Below are positions 1 through 12,760 of a DNA stretch of 64,000 nucleotides, piece by piece. The stretch lies in NCBI RefSeq assembly GCF_947568905.1, contig NC_079172.1:9486001-9550000 (forward strand). Reading direction: 5' to 3'. How positions within the stretch are numbered: position 1 is the first letter of the stretch; each line of letters starts with the position of its first letter. The position numbers were made by a program, and so were the translations under genes. Source of the DNA: Ostrea edulis (taxonomy: Eukaryota). A model generated the notes under the pieces. It was not told where the DNA came from and made no database searches. It saw nothing but the letters and a program-made list of their open reading frames with translations.

Positions 1-210
1 GTGATCAATCTCATAACTCCTATAAAGGAGAAGATAACGAACAGTCATCAATCTCATAACTCCTATAAAGGTGAAGATAACGAACAGTGATCAATCCCAT
101 AACTCCTATATGCAATACAAAATAGAGAGTTGGGCAAACACGGACTCCCTGGATATACCATAAGAGGGATCAGGTGCCTAGGAGGAGTAAGCATCCTCTG
201 TCGATCGGTC
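1..210 (-). mobile_element. Penelope-like element 3' end fragment with a 43-bp tandem duplication of its terminus
   Basis: Reverse complement of the family terminus (ctcctaggcacctgatccc...gagattgatcactgttcgttatcttcacc). The unit gaagataacgaacagtgatcaatctcataactcctataaagg is repeated. Confidence 0.75.
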
Positions 211-479
211 AATATTTACAAATATGTCGATGTTTAACAACCTGTGATTTTCTTAAAAGATTGACGAAAATCACAATCTTTCTCATATGTACCTCTTTAA
301 TACCAACACAAACACTGTAAAATACCAAGGTCCTCATTGAAAACTGTGGGAGGAGTAAGGTGGACAAATCATGTATTCTCTATGCAATATTTCCTCATAA
401 CTGACAAAGTTCAACAATCTGGAATTTTCTCCAAAAAAATTGCCATATGCACAACACCAGAAAACAAACAGAATCGCCA

Positions 480-1060
480 CATGCTCTTTAAATCACCATG
501 GGTTACCGATGATAATATATCCGACTCAAGCCCTCGGTTCCTTAACTGATATTTAATAGCAATATTCCATTATCAAATGCATATAGCGTTTATGTCTCTC
601 AACTGAGTCGATACGCAAGAGTATGTTCTGCGCATGATCAAATTTTAAAAAGAGGTAAACTACTGACAAATGCATTGAAGTTACAGGGGTTTCAACAGTC
701 TCGTTTGAAGTCAGCATTTCACAATTTCTATTGTCGTTATTTCAACCTGTCGTTAGGTTTAATGCTGTCTGACGTCTTTCATCCCAATTGTTTGCCTAAT
801 CATGCGCAGAACATACTCTCGCCTATCGACTCAGTCAATATGTAAACGCCATATGCAGGTAATAATGAAATATTGCTACATAGATATGGGAAGTTGACGG
901 TTTTAACATACTGAATTCAACTACGCATTACTCCGTTTACCTGTTAAGATGAAGGGTCCATGGCTAGTGTGGCTGCTCAATAGGGGGTGCTTACTCCTCC
1001 TAGGCACCTAACCCCACCTCTGGTGTGTCCAGGTGTCCGTGTTTGCCCTTCTTTACTTTT
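480..1060 (+). mobile_element. Degenerate Penelope-like element, RT thumb region + 3' end
   Basis: Similar to 36470-36900 (tctcaactgagtcgatacgcaagag, caggggtttcaacagtctcg, cttactcctcctaggcacc). Confidence 0.75.
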
Positions 1061-1070
1061 GTATTCTTTC

Positions 1071-1240
1071 CCCGCGGCAACTCAGTGGTAGACCGTTCTC
1101 TTCGTAACCTGGAGGTCGTGAATTCGAGCCCATGCCGGTAAGCATGAGTCTAAATTTTTGGTATTTCACCTACAGCTGGTGACGTCTCTAATATGAGTGG
1201 AAAATTCTCGAAGGGACTTAAAAAATCAATCAATCAATTA
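1071..1240 (+). mobile_element. tRNA-headed SINE
   Basis: A-box-like ctcagtggtaga, B-box-like gaattcgagcc, shared tail ggtgacgtctc...aaaattctcga, and (aatc)n end. Confidence 0.65.
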
Positions 1241-1306
1241 TGGGATTTAAGAGATTGATCACAGTTCGCTATTTTTACTTTTCGTGTTGAACTACACACC
1301 ATCATT

Positions 1307-1550
1307 CCCCATGAGGATTCGGGTTAGAAGAGATCCTCTGTACCCCTTGCTTATCGTAAGATGCGACTAAATGGGGCAGGCCTTCGAATGAGACTGCAAT
1401 AACTAATGCCCCTTGTCACAACAGGTGTGGCACGATAAAGATCCCTCTCTGATAAATGACCGTAAGCACCGAACATAGGCCTTTTTGCAGCCCTTCACCG
1501 CCAATGGTGACATCTCCATCAGTGAAAAATTCTCGAGCGAGACGTCTCAC
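1307..1550 (+). mobile_element. SINE with non-tRNA structured head and Deu/Nin-like core (copy 1)
   Basis: Colinear with 38835-39092, 53385-53649 and 55741-55995. Confidence 0.7.
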
Positions 1551-2099
1551 TAAACACTATGCAATCAACCAACAGATATATTTCTAGGAGTCCGTGTTTG
1601 CCCAACTATCTATTTTGTATTGCTTGTAGGAGTTATGAGATTGATCACTGTTCGTTATCTTCACCTTGCATCCAAACTTTTTTACTTAAAAATTTTACAG
1701 AGCGTATAAATATTTACGAGTTTCTTCTACATGTTCTTGTTTTCCTTTCACTGTTGATATATATACTTAATAAAGGCGACTTGGAACTTATTTATTTGAA
1801 TCGATACGAAATTCATGGAGCATCAATCTCTCAAATTGGCGATTAGAATTCCATCTCTGCTATGCATTCTGTCGAACATTATGTCAGACAGTGGTCTAAA
1901 TTTGAAGAGGAAGAACGTAGCATTTTGTCAAGATGTATAAAGAGTATACATTGTAAGAGGAATATTAAGACTTCGTATTATACACAATAATCTAGCCTTC
2001 TAGGTTTTGGTACAAATGACGTGATGAAAGAGTTAGGTATATTATATGAGGAATATATACTAGTTCCAGCTCACGCAGCTTATAACAATATTGTCTTCG

Positions 2100-3945
2100 T
2101 CTTTAAGACTCGTTATCACATTTGTTACGAATGAAATGGAACCTTGATAAATTCATATATTGTGATCAGTTATCCAAACTATTACTCTGTTAGACACTAT
2201 TCCGATTCTCCACACACACACTCTAATGTTAATTTCAAAAAGATGCTAGAGTCTGTCACTGACAATCTACGTGGTCTGTTGAGATCAGGTCTTCCAACAG
2301 TCTGTTGGAATTCTCATGGGCACAAATCGTAATCCTTTATTAGCTGACGTACTTTCGTATTCTTATAGGGCAGAATTTATTCAAAAGCTACTATACATGA
2401 GGGAAGAAATGCCTTGCTGTTGCTGTCAATGCGATATTTAGGTGCATGTACATCGTCGATGTTTTACCTATTAACAATATTCACTTTCACTAATATCAAT
2501 CCTATGTCGATTATATATCCCAATGAACTTGAAATAAAACGCACCACAAAGCTGTTCACATCTGCTTCATATTTTATTGAATATAGATCTTAGAGGAAAA
2601 CTAAAATCTCAACTTTATGACAAACGGGAACATTTCAGCTCCTCTATCGTCAACTTCCCATATTTATGTAGCAATTATATTTATTTATCACTGCATATAA
2701 TAATAATAATGTGCGGCATTTATATAGCGCATTATATAATTTGTAATTACTCTAAGCGTTTTAACAATGTAAAATGTAAAACATGATAAGATTAATCAGA
2801 GCATAAAATATAACATCCAAATAAAATAAAACAATTTAAATATTACGAGTTGATGCGACAAACTAGCCTTTACTTTAAAAAAGAATATATTACAAAATAT
2901 GGTTATAAGATTTCCTAAAAAGATATGCTTTGAGGTTTGTCTTAAAACTTTTGACAGTGCCACACGAACGGATGTCTATCGGTAAACTGTTTCATAGTGT
3001 GGCAGCTGTTACATCAAACCTTCGATCTCCATAGGTCTTTGTACGAACGCGGGGTTTTTCTAGCAATTGTGAATTGCATGAACGCAGAGATCGTTTTGGT
3101 TCGTACACAGTGGTGAGGTCGCTGATATAGGCCGGTGCCAATCCGTTTAGTGCCATGTATGTGTGTAGTAAAATATTGTATTCAACACGGGAATCAACCG
3201 GAAGCCATTGCAAGGACACAAGCACCGGTGATATATGGTCATGCTTCCTGACCCGGGCAACAAGTCGAGCTGCTGAGTTTTGGATTGTCTGTAGCCTGCT
3301 CAGATCTGTTTGGGGTAGCCCTTTAAATAGTGCATTTCCATGGTCTAAGCGTGATAACACAAGAGAACATACAAGTGTCTTGCAGGCGTCATCATTGATG
3401 AAAGAACGAATCTGTGCAATATTCCGTAGATGATAATAACAAGAACGAGAGATGGAACTAATATGGTTTTTAAAAGAAAGTACACTGTCTGTCTGCATAT
3501 GGTGTTTATCCCGCTAAACCGATTCCATTCTAGGGCATATTCTGTGTATGCTCATTTTTTAAAACTTTGGCAGGCTACTGACAAATAAATTGATGATACA
3601 GGGGTTTCAAGTCTCACTTAAAGTTAGCATTTTACAAACTGAATGGTCGATATAATGATCAATTTGCAAATATATCCTGTCATCAGATGGAAGCTGTTTG
3701 GCGAGTCTCATAGCCATTCTTTACATACTGATTTTGATCACGGATTAATGCATTTCGTTTACCTGATCAAGATAGAGGGCTCACGGCGGATATGACCGAT
3801 CAGCAGGGATTGCTTACTCCACCTAGGCAACTGATCCCATCATTGATGCCGCCATGCAGAAGTCAATGTTTGTCCTATCTCAATTTTGTATTCTTTATAG
3901 GATTGATAATATTGATTAATGTTCGTTATCTTCACTCTTTATCAT
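2100..3945 (+). mobile_element. Degenerate Penelope-like element interrupted by an L2/CR1 insertion
   Basis: 2240-2690 matches the RT region (caacagtctgttggaatt, LYDKREHFSSSIVNFPYLCSN). The match resumes at 3493 and runs to the family 3' end. Confidence 0.72.
2699..3492 (-). mobile_element. 5'-truncated L2/CR1-superclade LINE (RT C-terminal region + 3' UTR)
   Basis: ORF SCYYHLRNIAQIR...SLVLSRLDHGN...RLQTIQNSAARLV...HISPVLVSLQWLPV is typical of L2/CR1 ORF2 ends. Tail gcgctatataaat...(att)n. 8-bp TSD ctgcatat at 2691-2698 and 3493-3500. Confidence 0.88.
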
Positions 3946-4293
3946 TAATGTCAAAAACTGCCCATATTTGAACTTAATCCAGTTAGATATTCGTCATAAG
4001 ATATTTCAAGCATATGTCGTTGCAATTGAAGGGAAGTCATTTGTTTTAACACACTGTAATGCGTATTACGAAATCACATAATAATCGGTTATAAATAGTA
4101 TGTCATAAACGTAATATGATTAACTAATAACACGATATTTATGAATATGTATAGAGTATTGATTTACTAATGATAACATCTTTTATGACAAAACATTGCT
4201 ACACTATGCAGAATAAAATATATGAATTTTATATGTCAAAATTGGTCACAATAATCGCATTTTCAAGGCATACATATAGTCCTGTGAAGAGTT

Positions 4294-5152
4294 AACAAGA
4301 GGCCTACAGGCCTTATCGATTACCTGAGAAATAGTTAAAAGTATCACTAACCCAAATGGTTATGAAATGTAGAAAAAAATCTGATCCGCACATCTAAGCT
4401 AAATTCTTACATTCAGCAACAGTATAAAACAAGATGTGTTCTTTTAAACTTAAATGCCCTCGAAAATGTCTGTACTGACGAAATACTTTTTGTGATATGA
4501 TATATGCAACATTAACATGATGACTAATTTGGACCCGTCCTAGAGTCAAAACTCTGGGGTTGTGAAATTCATTATTTTGGTACATCCTTTTATATTTTTC
4601 CTAAATATGCATTTAGTTTTTTATACTGTATCAGCAAACTTGAAGAAGTCTTCCAAATGATAAAGGCAATAATCACTATAATAATTTGGCCCCACCATGG
4701 AACCAAAAGCCTTATACCCCTGGGATCATGAAATTTACAATTTTGGTAAAGGACTACCTTTTCATTGTGAATATCCGTTTAGTTTCAATAGCCTCAAAGA
4801 AGATGCTTTGAAATACACTACATACGAATTTTTTAGCCTCGCCCAGGAGTCTGAACCTCTACCCTGGGGATCATGCAATCTCTAATTTATTAGAGGCCTT
4901 CGTGCTATACATCACTATGCATTTAGTTTTTCTTACAGATGTTCGATTGTAGAATTAAACAAAAATAAATAAATTGGTCATTTTTGGTGCTTTTTGCCCC
5001 GCCGCTAGGCCCCAGGGGTGAAGGAGTCCTGAAATTTACACTTTATGTCCACTTTCTCCCAAAGAAGAAGTTAAAAATATTTATTGTTAACACACAACCA
5101 CGAACGCTGACCAATTGCAATATTTCACCCGAGTTTCGCAGATGACCAAAAA
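4294..5152 (+). mobile_element. Helentron/pearl-type non-autonomous element (degenerate)
   Basis: Starts aacaagaggcc, has degenerate internal repeats (ggggtcatgaaatttacaattt-like) and ends gcaatatttcacccgag...gatgaccaaaaa. Confidence 0.55.
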
Positions 5153-5856
5153 GTAGAATTACGTTTCTGTCATCCTACGCTCCCTAGAGAGCCTGCCAAA
5201 TGACCACAAATTATCTCAGTCATGTTCCTTTCTAACGTTTCATAGATACTAGATAACAAATCCTGTGACCTTTTTAACACGAAAACAAGAGATAACGATA
5301 CCATATAATGGAATAATGTCTCTTAATGCACTGTATTAATCAGAAAATGGAAAATGTGAAATTTCAGACTGGCTTTATTTCTATAAAATCTAATTTCTTG
5401 TAAAATAACAACATCTCCACACTAAAAAAAAAAAAGCTCCGGTTTCATTCTTAGAAGTTTTACTCCTTATGAAATTGAAAATGCACAAAAAATATTACTC
5501 ACGAAAATATCTTACAGATGGGGAAAAACTCGATTTGGAACGTACCAGCCATGCATTACAATATTTTATTTTAAAATTGATGGCATAACTTATCTAATTT
5601 AATAGAAATAAGTTGCAGCATTAAATACAGATGTGAGAATGATTTCCCATCATTATGCCGAACCTATATCTATCAATGTTAAAGCGGGTCAATGTTATAT
5701 AAATAAAAACCTTGACATACGTATTGTACAATGCAAATACAACCTTATAAACATTTTGAGATTAACAATTTAATAAATAAACAGTGCACTTATTCAGCTC
5801 TTCCATCCACATCAGTACTCTTCACACATACACACAATGATATGAAATAGAATATG

Positions 5857-6815
5857 CTAAACAACGGTAATTGCATTACTCGAATTCGAAGACGGGTTAT
5901 CTTTGCTAGACTTTGATTGAAGTCTGTCATTATTTTTATAAGCATTTCTATCCGCCTTTGGAGACCTGTCTGGTGGTCTTCCAGATGAAAATGTACTCAC
6001 TCCTTTGTATGGAGATTGAACACTGTTTGTATGAATATGTGTATTTCGATCCCGATGCCTATGCATCGGGGAGGAAGAGTCTGTTGGGACAGGGGAATAG
6101 GAATATTTGTCTGATGTATGATCTGATGATTTTGATATGGCAGCATAAATAGGGTTCCCTTGAACCTCAGGTCTTTCATTCACTATTTTCTTAGGTGTCA
6201 ATTGATTCTGTTGTTGCACCGATTGTGTCGTCATTAAACTCGATGTTTCGTGTCGATTTACGTCTCCCCCCTCATTACCGTTTTTCTTAGGAGTCCTTAG
6301 CTCAGTCTCACACATTCCTTTGGCACGTTTGAGCTTCTTTATACGGTCTCTCTGATAATACACACCGGCAAAAAACAAAATATTCAAAAACAATAATGAA
6401 CACCCAATAGCAACTGTTATACTTAAAGGGACAGAACTCCTAGCTAAGGATTCTGCTGCTCGTGGATCAGACAAGGGCGGAAGAACAGAAGTAGCCATGT
6501 TTTCGCCCTCTGTAACAACGGTTTTGGACCCATCAGAATTTTCTGACACATTCTCGGATGTATTAGGCTCATAAGGCGTGTCCTTTGGTGGGGGAGGGGA
6601 GGTGGGGGGAGGGGTGGGAAACAAACGGTGGAATCTTGTGATCAGTCGCTGGGGTTCATCAAACGTTGAATCATTTCTGGGATCCAACAAATTGTGTTCC
6701 GCTGAATCTGGTTTCTCGGCATTTGTGATGTCTTCGCGATTTATCTTTGGAATGAGATCTAACCACATGGCCAGCTGTTTCCCGCGGTAATGGTGTTTTA
6801 TTTGAGGACGCTTGC
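5857..6815 (-). CDS. NLGN: Neuroligin constant exon C5 (last): end of esterase domain, Pro-rich stalk, TM helix, cytoplasmic tail with PDZ-binding end
   Basis: Acceptor ttttatttcatag|GC. Encodes KRPQIKHHYRGKQLAMWLDLIP (cf. neuroligin HYRATKVAFWLELVP), PTPPPTSPPPP, TM LSITVAIGCSLLFLNILFFAGVYYQRDR, and terminal ITVV*. Confidence 0.93.
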
Positions 6816-7258
6816 CTATGAAATAAAAACAAAACGGAAAGTGAGTTCCGAAGTTAAAAGCTATTATCAAATGAATATAACTGTTCTAGTGAAATTGTTC
6901 TTGAATACTGCACAGATATGATATCAATGGAAATATAGTATAACTTCTAACAGCACACAACTTAATTGTAGCCCCAAAGTCATTAAAATGCATTTATATA
7001 GATGATGCTACATGCATTTATTAAACAAAATTGGATTTCAGATAACTGACTTAAACCACATTATATCGCGTGAATGTGTTTTATGTACCTCAGTCATATT
7101 ATGGCTAATTTCTGATTTTCAGTTCCTTGGATTCATTATGTTATCACGATCAATTACAGAAAAGCTTTTTTGAAATGATGGAATACAAGCATAATATATG
7201 AACATTAGCGATCAAGGATGTCCGGTGCAACAAAATCAGGATCAGAATTGACATTTAC

Positions 7259-7362
7259 CGATCTGTAGGTACTGCTGCTTTTTTAGTTCATATTCCGGCC
7301 ATTCCAAGTCAGAGAATTTGTCCTTTTCAAAAATTGTTTCTTTCACAGGAAAGTTAGGATTT
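7259..7362 (-). CDS. NLGN: Neuroligin constant exon C4
   Basis: Acceptor atttctttcag|A, donor G|GTAAAT. Encodes (G)NPNFPVKETIFEKDKFSDLEWPEYELKKQQYLQIG; phases 2 and 1 fit the neighbours. Confidence 0.92.
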
Positions 7363-7529
7363 CTGAAAGAAATTACAAAATTATATGAAAGATTTTTTCT
7401 CTCTTGGAAATGGGACATTTTCATGCTAGTAGAATTCTGTAACACGAAATGGTAAAATTGGAAAGAAAATTATTTAGCAAAATGAAATATGCTCTTATAT
7501 TTCTGATTAACAATATTTGAATTAAATAC

Positions 7530-8337
7530 CCAGACTTGGCAAAGTTTGTCCAAAACCTCATGATAGAAGCGCTCAAGCGTTTCTCGTTCCTGGTATAGTC
7601 AGAGGGAAATGGCGAAATCCCGTCCACAAGCGGTGCTCCAAAGACGTACGGCAATTCGTCTCCAAACACTCCGCTGGACCACTCAGGAAAATTCTTACTT
7701 TCAGAATTAGTGGAATATCCGAATGAGTAAAAATATGTCCCCGCTCTCGTGGCAGCGTGCTCTCTCGCCATCTTAACAAGTGGGGCCACATATTGACCAT
7801 CGCTAATCATTTCCATGACGTTATCTCGGCGTGTTTTGTCATCTTGAAGCTTGGTCCAATCAGAATATTCGTGATCCAAAATTTCGTATATCTTCTGACG
7901 GTGGTACTTGAATACGTTTTGTACATAGGTCCTCAGAATTTGTGTTTTACGAAATTCAGACAGACCATGTATAAGTTCCTCTTGCTTAAGATAGGAATAT
8001 GCCTCATTTTTAGTCACACCGAACATGACAGGTACTTTTGAGAAAGCGTGTGAATTCTTGTCTCTGAGCATACTTTGTAGAGATCCTCTGAAAAAGGTTC
8101 CAATTTCTGTTGATGGAGCAAAACATGAAAAATATTTCGGTGGATTAGGAGCATTGTTTACAAGTTCCTCAGTTGTTTTATTTTTGAAACACTGTATTAG
8201 TTTAGCAGAGTCATTTATGTATTTGGTGCAGTTGACATTGACCGCTAGTTTTTGGGCACAGGTGAGAGGATCCACCGACTGCGACCACGAGCTTCCGGCC
8301 GTACCACTCATCAAGATAGCCCTGTGGAATAGGTTCT
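7530..8337 (-). CDS. NLGN: Neuroligin constant exon C3 (large esterase-domain exon)
   Basis: Acceptor atttgtttcag|AG, donor GG|GTATTT. Encodes LFHRAILMSG, VPVMFGVTKNEA, EYSDW, TYFYSF, GDELPYVFG and RFWTNFAKSG. Confidence 0.94.
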
Positions 8338-8408
8338 CTGAAACAAATATTTGATTATGATATTGAAATTATCATAACATAAATTTTCGTTTTTCCGTGT
8401 ATTTTGAC

Positions 8409-8725
8409 TTAGGAATGTACTCTACATCGTCATAATGGTTGATGTCCTTTTAAAACAGGGATGAAAACACAAATATCAACAGTATTTGTCAATTCATTTT
8501 TTTAAAAATCATCGCCTAGCTGATTAGCTCAGTAGGTTAATACATCGACTGCTAACTAAAAGGAAAAACACATCTACTGCTGCACTGTAGGTTGCGGGTC
8601 CGAGTCCAGCAGGGGTTTTTAATATTTTAACTAATAAAGTCAATTTGAAAATTTTCAATTTCAAAATATTGTTGTAGATATCCTCCATTTTTCATCCCTA
8701 TCTCTTGTGTAGCATACCTCCTTAA
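8409..8725. mobile_element. TTAA-flanked ~320-bp element (Kolobok/piggyBac-like termini) with internal tRNA-like sequence, copy 1
   Basis: Colinear with 24367-24696. Ends tgtagcatacctcc|ttaa; internal tagctcagtagg and ggtccgagtcc. Confidence 0.65.
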
Positions 8726-9931
8726 CAAAACTTGCTACAAACAAACTTTTGTTTTCAAAAATGATGAAAATGAAAGCTAAATTATATCATATAATTATAA
8801 AGTTCCGTTATTATACGTAAAACTGAATACAATTTACTGTATGGAATGTGATTCATTCTCTTGATTACCAGTGGGGAAAATTTGTATAGAGTTGTGCATA
8901 TTGAAGGAGAAATTGAGATTATACTAGTGGTTTACAACTCATTTAAAGGTTAAATGGAATCTGCACTTCAATAACAGATATTCAAACATTCTTTGAAGAT
9001 ACATTGCTAAGAGGCAATCATTGCTGCAACTTGGTATCTGCATTTTCTTTTTCTTGACCCGTGTCATAAAACAAAGAAATTATAAGTAATAAAAAGGGAC
9101 ATTAGAGACACGCACCTGGCGTTATGTTGTAAGTCACCGAGGTTATGGCATTACAAGCTTTTGTGCTTTACCAATCAAAAACGCTAGATGACTGATGTTG
9201 AGAAAATGCTGAGAGGAATACTTCAGACCAACAATAAATCATAAGAGATTCTCAGATGTGTGAAGTTCATTTGATGTTTGCTGTTTACTATGACTGCCTT
9301 CGTTTGTAGAAGCTTTGTACGCTTTTTTTTTTCTTTTACAAGATCAATACAACAGAAGCAGGTGTGAAAACAGCCGTCCTTGAACAGAAAGTCTTTCATA
9401 CCCGCACAGATACAATCCTTACATCATAGATCATTAATTAAATTAATTCGTTATTGATAAGTTAAGTATCTTTAATGTAAATTTTCATTTGAAGCATTAA
9501 ACTATATACTGTAACTTAACCACTGTTAAGTCAGTATTATGAAGGCGCATGGCACTAGAGAATTGATATTGATTGTACAATATTTCCCGGTTGAACAGAT
9601 ACCAGTATTTTGTCTGACAGATTAATGGTGTTTATTGCATCCTTCATTGATATTTTCAGCTTCCAAAAGACTTTATGCGATTTACATTCGGAATCCTAAA
9701 ATTTCAAGAATTACAGAAAAACCGGAATTCATCCACGCATGCGGGATATTGTTTGAAATGAACCAGATGCGTGCTCTTGATTCTGTTTTCCAGCGAAATA
9801 GCAAGGGAAAAAACAAACAAACAAAAGCCTTAAAAGATGGCTTTATGAATTTAGCATGTGCAACACATGCAGTACTTTCTAATTTCAGATGAGATAATAG
9901 TAGTAAGGGTAACCTAGCGTGATCAAAGTAC

Positions 9932-10120
9932 CTCTTTTAACTGTTTGGACAAACAAGAGGAAGTTGACTAAAGCTGCACCGTGTCCATGACCGAACAAGG
10001 TCACCCGGTTTGGATCACCATCGAAGGAAGCGATGTTCTCTTTGATCCAGGTAAGAACAGCCAAGAGGTCAAGCAAAGCCTGGTTACCATTGGCATTCGG
10101 ATGTCCAGTTCCAAGGAAAC
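9932..10120 (-). CDS. NLGN: Neuroligin constant exon C2 (nucleophile elbow without Ser)
   Basis: Acceptor tgttttacag|GT, donor G|GTACTT. Encodes GFLGTG...GNQALLDLLAVLTWIKENIASFDGDPNRVTLFGHGHGAALV. Confidence 0.94.
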
Positions 10121-10679
10121 CTGTAAAACATATATGCATTCCATTCCTCCTCTCCTTAGCTATTTATAAATGTAAGCCGTAATTAGAGATCGTCCTTATT
10201 GTTATCAAAAGTGCAGAGATTGTTCTGTAAGTCGGTAACCCCAAGGCACTTTTCTTTTCAGGAAAACTTAAGTATAAGAATGATTTGTAACAATACCAAA
10301 GCAATAAACTTTGATGTTATGTATTAAAACCTTTCTTCTGATCCTTGAGTGTCATTGTATCATGGCGCTATCGCATTACAATATATATCTTGTGGAAATG
10401 AATTTAATTGTAATAATATTACACAGAATGAATAAATACCCCAACCTTCAAGTTCAGATTTCTCTAAAGATGAAACAGATATTAAGAAAACAAGTGTTAG
10501 AGACCTTCGAAAAAGAACAAAGGAATTAGATTTGCTAAAAGGACAAACTTCATACATTTTTTATAAAACATTTCCAATGCCAGTATGTAATTATGATTTT
10601 TCATCTTCAAGCAAACAGTTAGGGAGCTAAATATACCTACAAAGCTTGTAGAGAAGAGGTTCTTACTAAAATAACTGAC

Positions 10680-10829
10680 CTAAGACTCCGAGGCGATAAT
10701 TTACGGTGATCACAATGACCTTGCCGTAGCTTGCCAACACGCTACCCTCGTAGGCATTTCCGGTTCCTATGTCATACGACTCTCCGTGTATGAATACCAT
10801 TACAGGGAATGGTGAAGAATCATTCTTTT
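10680..10829 (-). CDS. NLGN: Neuroligin constant exon C1 (absent from the ORF track; receives V1/V2/V3)
   Basis: Acceptor tgtcttttcag|AA, donor G|GTCAGT. Encodes (E)[50 protein letters not shown]; phase 1 at both ends. Confidence 0.94.
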
Positions 10830-12529
10830 CTGAAAAGACAAAAAGATATGACGTTAGGTGGATTCAAAGGTAACTGTAATAAATCTTTCTTTCAGGCTTC
10901 TCATTACGGAAATCGTCAAACAAACAAAGGTAATGCAATCTGGGCAAAACAGGCAAAAGTGCCAAGAAACATTGTTAGAGTATCATCGCAATCAAGGCAG
11001 ATCCAACAAGGAACCGTATCACTTTGCTTTAAACACATTTGTTGTGAAAGATCACTTCCAGAATTTTCCATATTTTGAGACATATTAATGCATTGAATAC
11101 AGCATCTCACATAATGTAGTACTTGCATTTAAAACAGCTTTCTTTAATCATTTCATTTGCTTTTTTAGAAAATCTTGTTGAATATATGAGGATATATTGT
11201 AATAGAATTTACTTTAATTTCATAATGAAGTGAACAGTTAGACATTTCACTCGTGACACTTCGACGATTCAATCAACGCCAGCGAACTAAACTGATCCAA
11301 TTGCCTAGACTGTAGTAATTGACCCATGGGTATCAATTAATGAGGAACAAGCGTGTCATCTTCACGCGGAGTTATATCGCTCTCCGACAGTTTGACGTGA
11401 CTTTGGGTTCTGCCAATGACGGGAAAAGTCACATGACACCGATAGAAGTCAGAATTAACCGTGTAACTGCACCGAGACAATGTCATTTACTACAGTGCTT
11501 GACAAATTGATCAATTCATTTCCGCCTATACAACATCTGTGTATGAAAACAAATATAAATTTAGAGATGATTAGTTTACTTAATATAGTTTTTGAATATT
11601 GTGTTTCTTTTAATAAAAAAGAAACCACAACACCGAATCCTACATGTAGCCTACAATTGCATGTATTTACAATGTAACGTCATTATATAGACGTCGTATC
11701 AGCATCCGAATTCAGATGTTGGAATTTAGTATGCAAATAACACCCTGTGAACCCTTACCAAAGCAAAATCAAATTCCTCAACTTAATGATTGTGTATCAC
11801 AGAAAATGCACAGCTGACCTGAACACAGACTTAGGATTGATTGGAGGTGGTGTGATATCATTCTTAAAGACTATTTTCAGTGCTTGCTCATTTGTTTCTG
11901 TTTCCTTGGGTTCTAAAGCCTGAATTCAGTGTGTAAAGGTGATCATTAATTGCGAATATATTTTTCAGGTCATGGAGTACAGATTCAACGAAAGTTGATC
12001 ATTTAAGAAATGCTAATTAAATTTACATGTATTATTATTTGATATATTTATGGTAATGCGATTTTATTCAAAATTGAAAAAAAAAATGTTTTACAAATAA
12101 ACACATGGGGATATGAAATTGTTTCGGAACATCTGATTCCAAGTGTTATATCTAATTGAGGTACAGAAAGAAATCATCAGTTTTAGCTGGCCTTACGCTA
12201 TTCATAAGCTAAACGAACAGACTGGCCAATGCCCCATAGCGATTGATTCAAGCGCACAGTGGTGATATTGACTTTAAAATTACAATACAACAATACATGG
12301 TTCCATCCAATATGTTAATTCACAATGATTTACAAAAATGCAAAACTGCAGTAAAATCTAAATCGAATCTCACGATTGTTCTTTGTACATATATCTATAG
12401 GCTTCCAGCTCATTCGATTAATTCAATTTTTTACATGTATAAAGATAGTTTCATATATATGACACAATGTGTGACGTGTACATGTAGAAACTTTGTTAAC
12501 TACTTAATCAAACACTGCACCTACTTTAT

Positions 12530-12760
12530 GAAAGAAGTGAAGATAAAGAACAGTGATCAATCTCATGACTCTTATAAAGAACGCAAAATTGAGAGTAGGG
12601 CAAGCCCCTGGAAACACGAGAGGTAGGATCAGGTGCTTAGGAGGAGTAAAGCATCCCTGTTGATCGATCTCATCTGTCGTGAGCGCTATCTCTTGATTGG
12701 GTAAGTGGAGTAATCCGTAATCAGAATAAGTGTGCAAAGAACGGCCTAGCAAATGAAATA
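12530..12760 (-). mobile_element. Penelope-like element 3' end fragment
   Basis: gtgaagataaagaacagtgatcaatctcat...ggatcaggtgcttaggaggagtaa. Confidence 0.75.

Noticed and set aside
2992-3498. 168-aa ORF as a host gene
   Set aside because: It is a LINE ORF2 remnant bounded by a TSD, and its ATG comes from the flank.
5913-8354. Plus-strand and alternate-frame ORFs (5913, 5997, 6578, 7573, 7757, 8025)
   Set aside because: Shadows of the neuroligin exons with no independent protein features.
11819-11919. Possible 101-nt cassette exon (cag|GCT...AG|GTCAGC) as a splice-insert-A equivalent
   Set aside because: The length is not a multiple of 3, it has a TGA in the phase-1 frame needed between V and C1, and the acceptor is weak.
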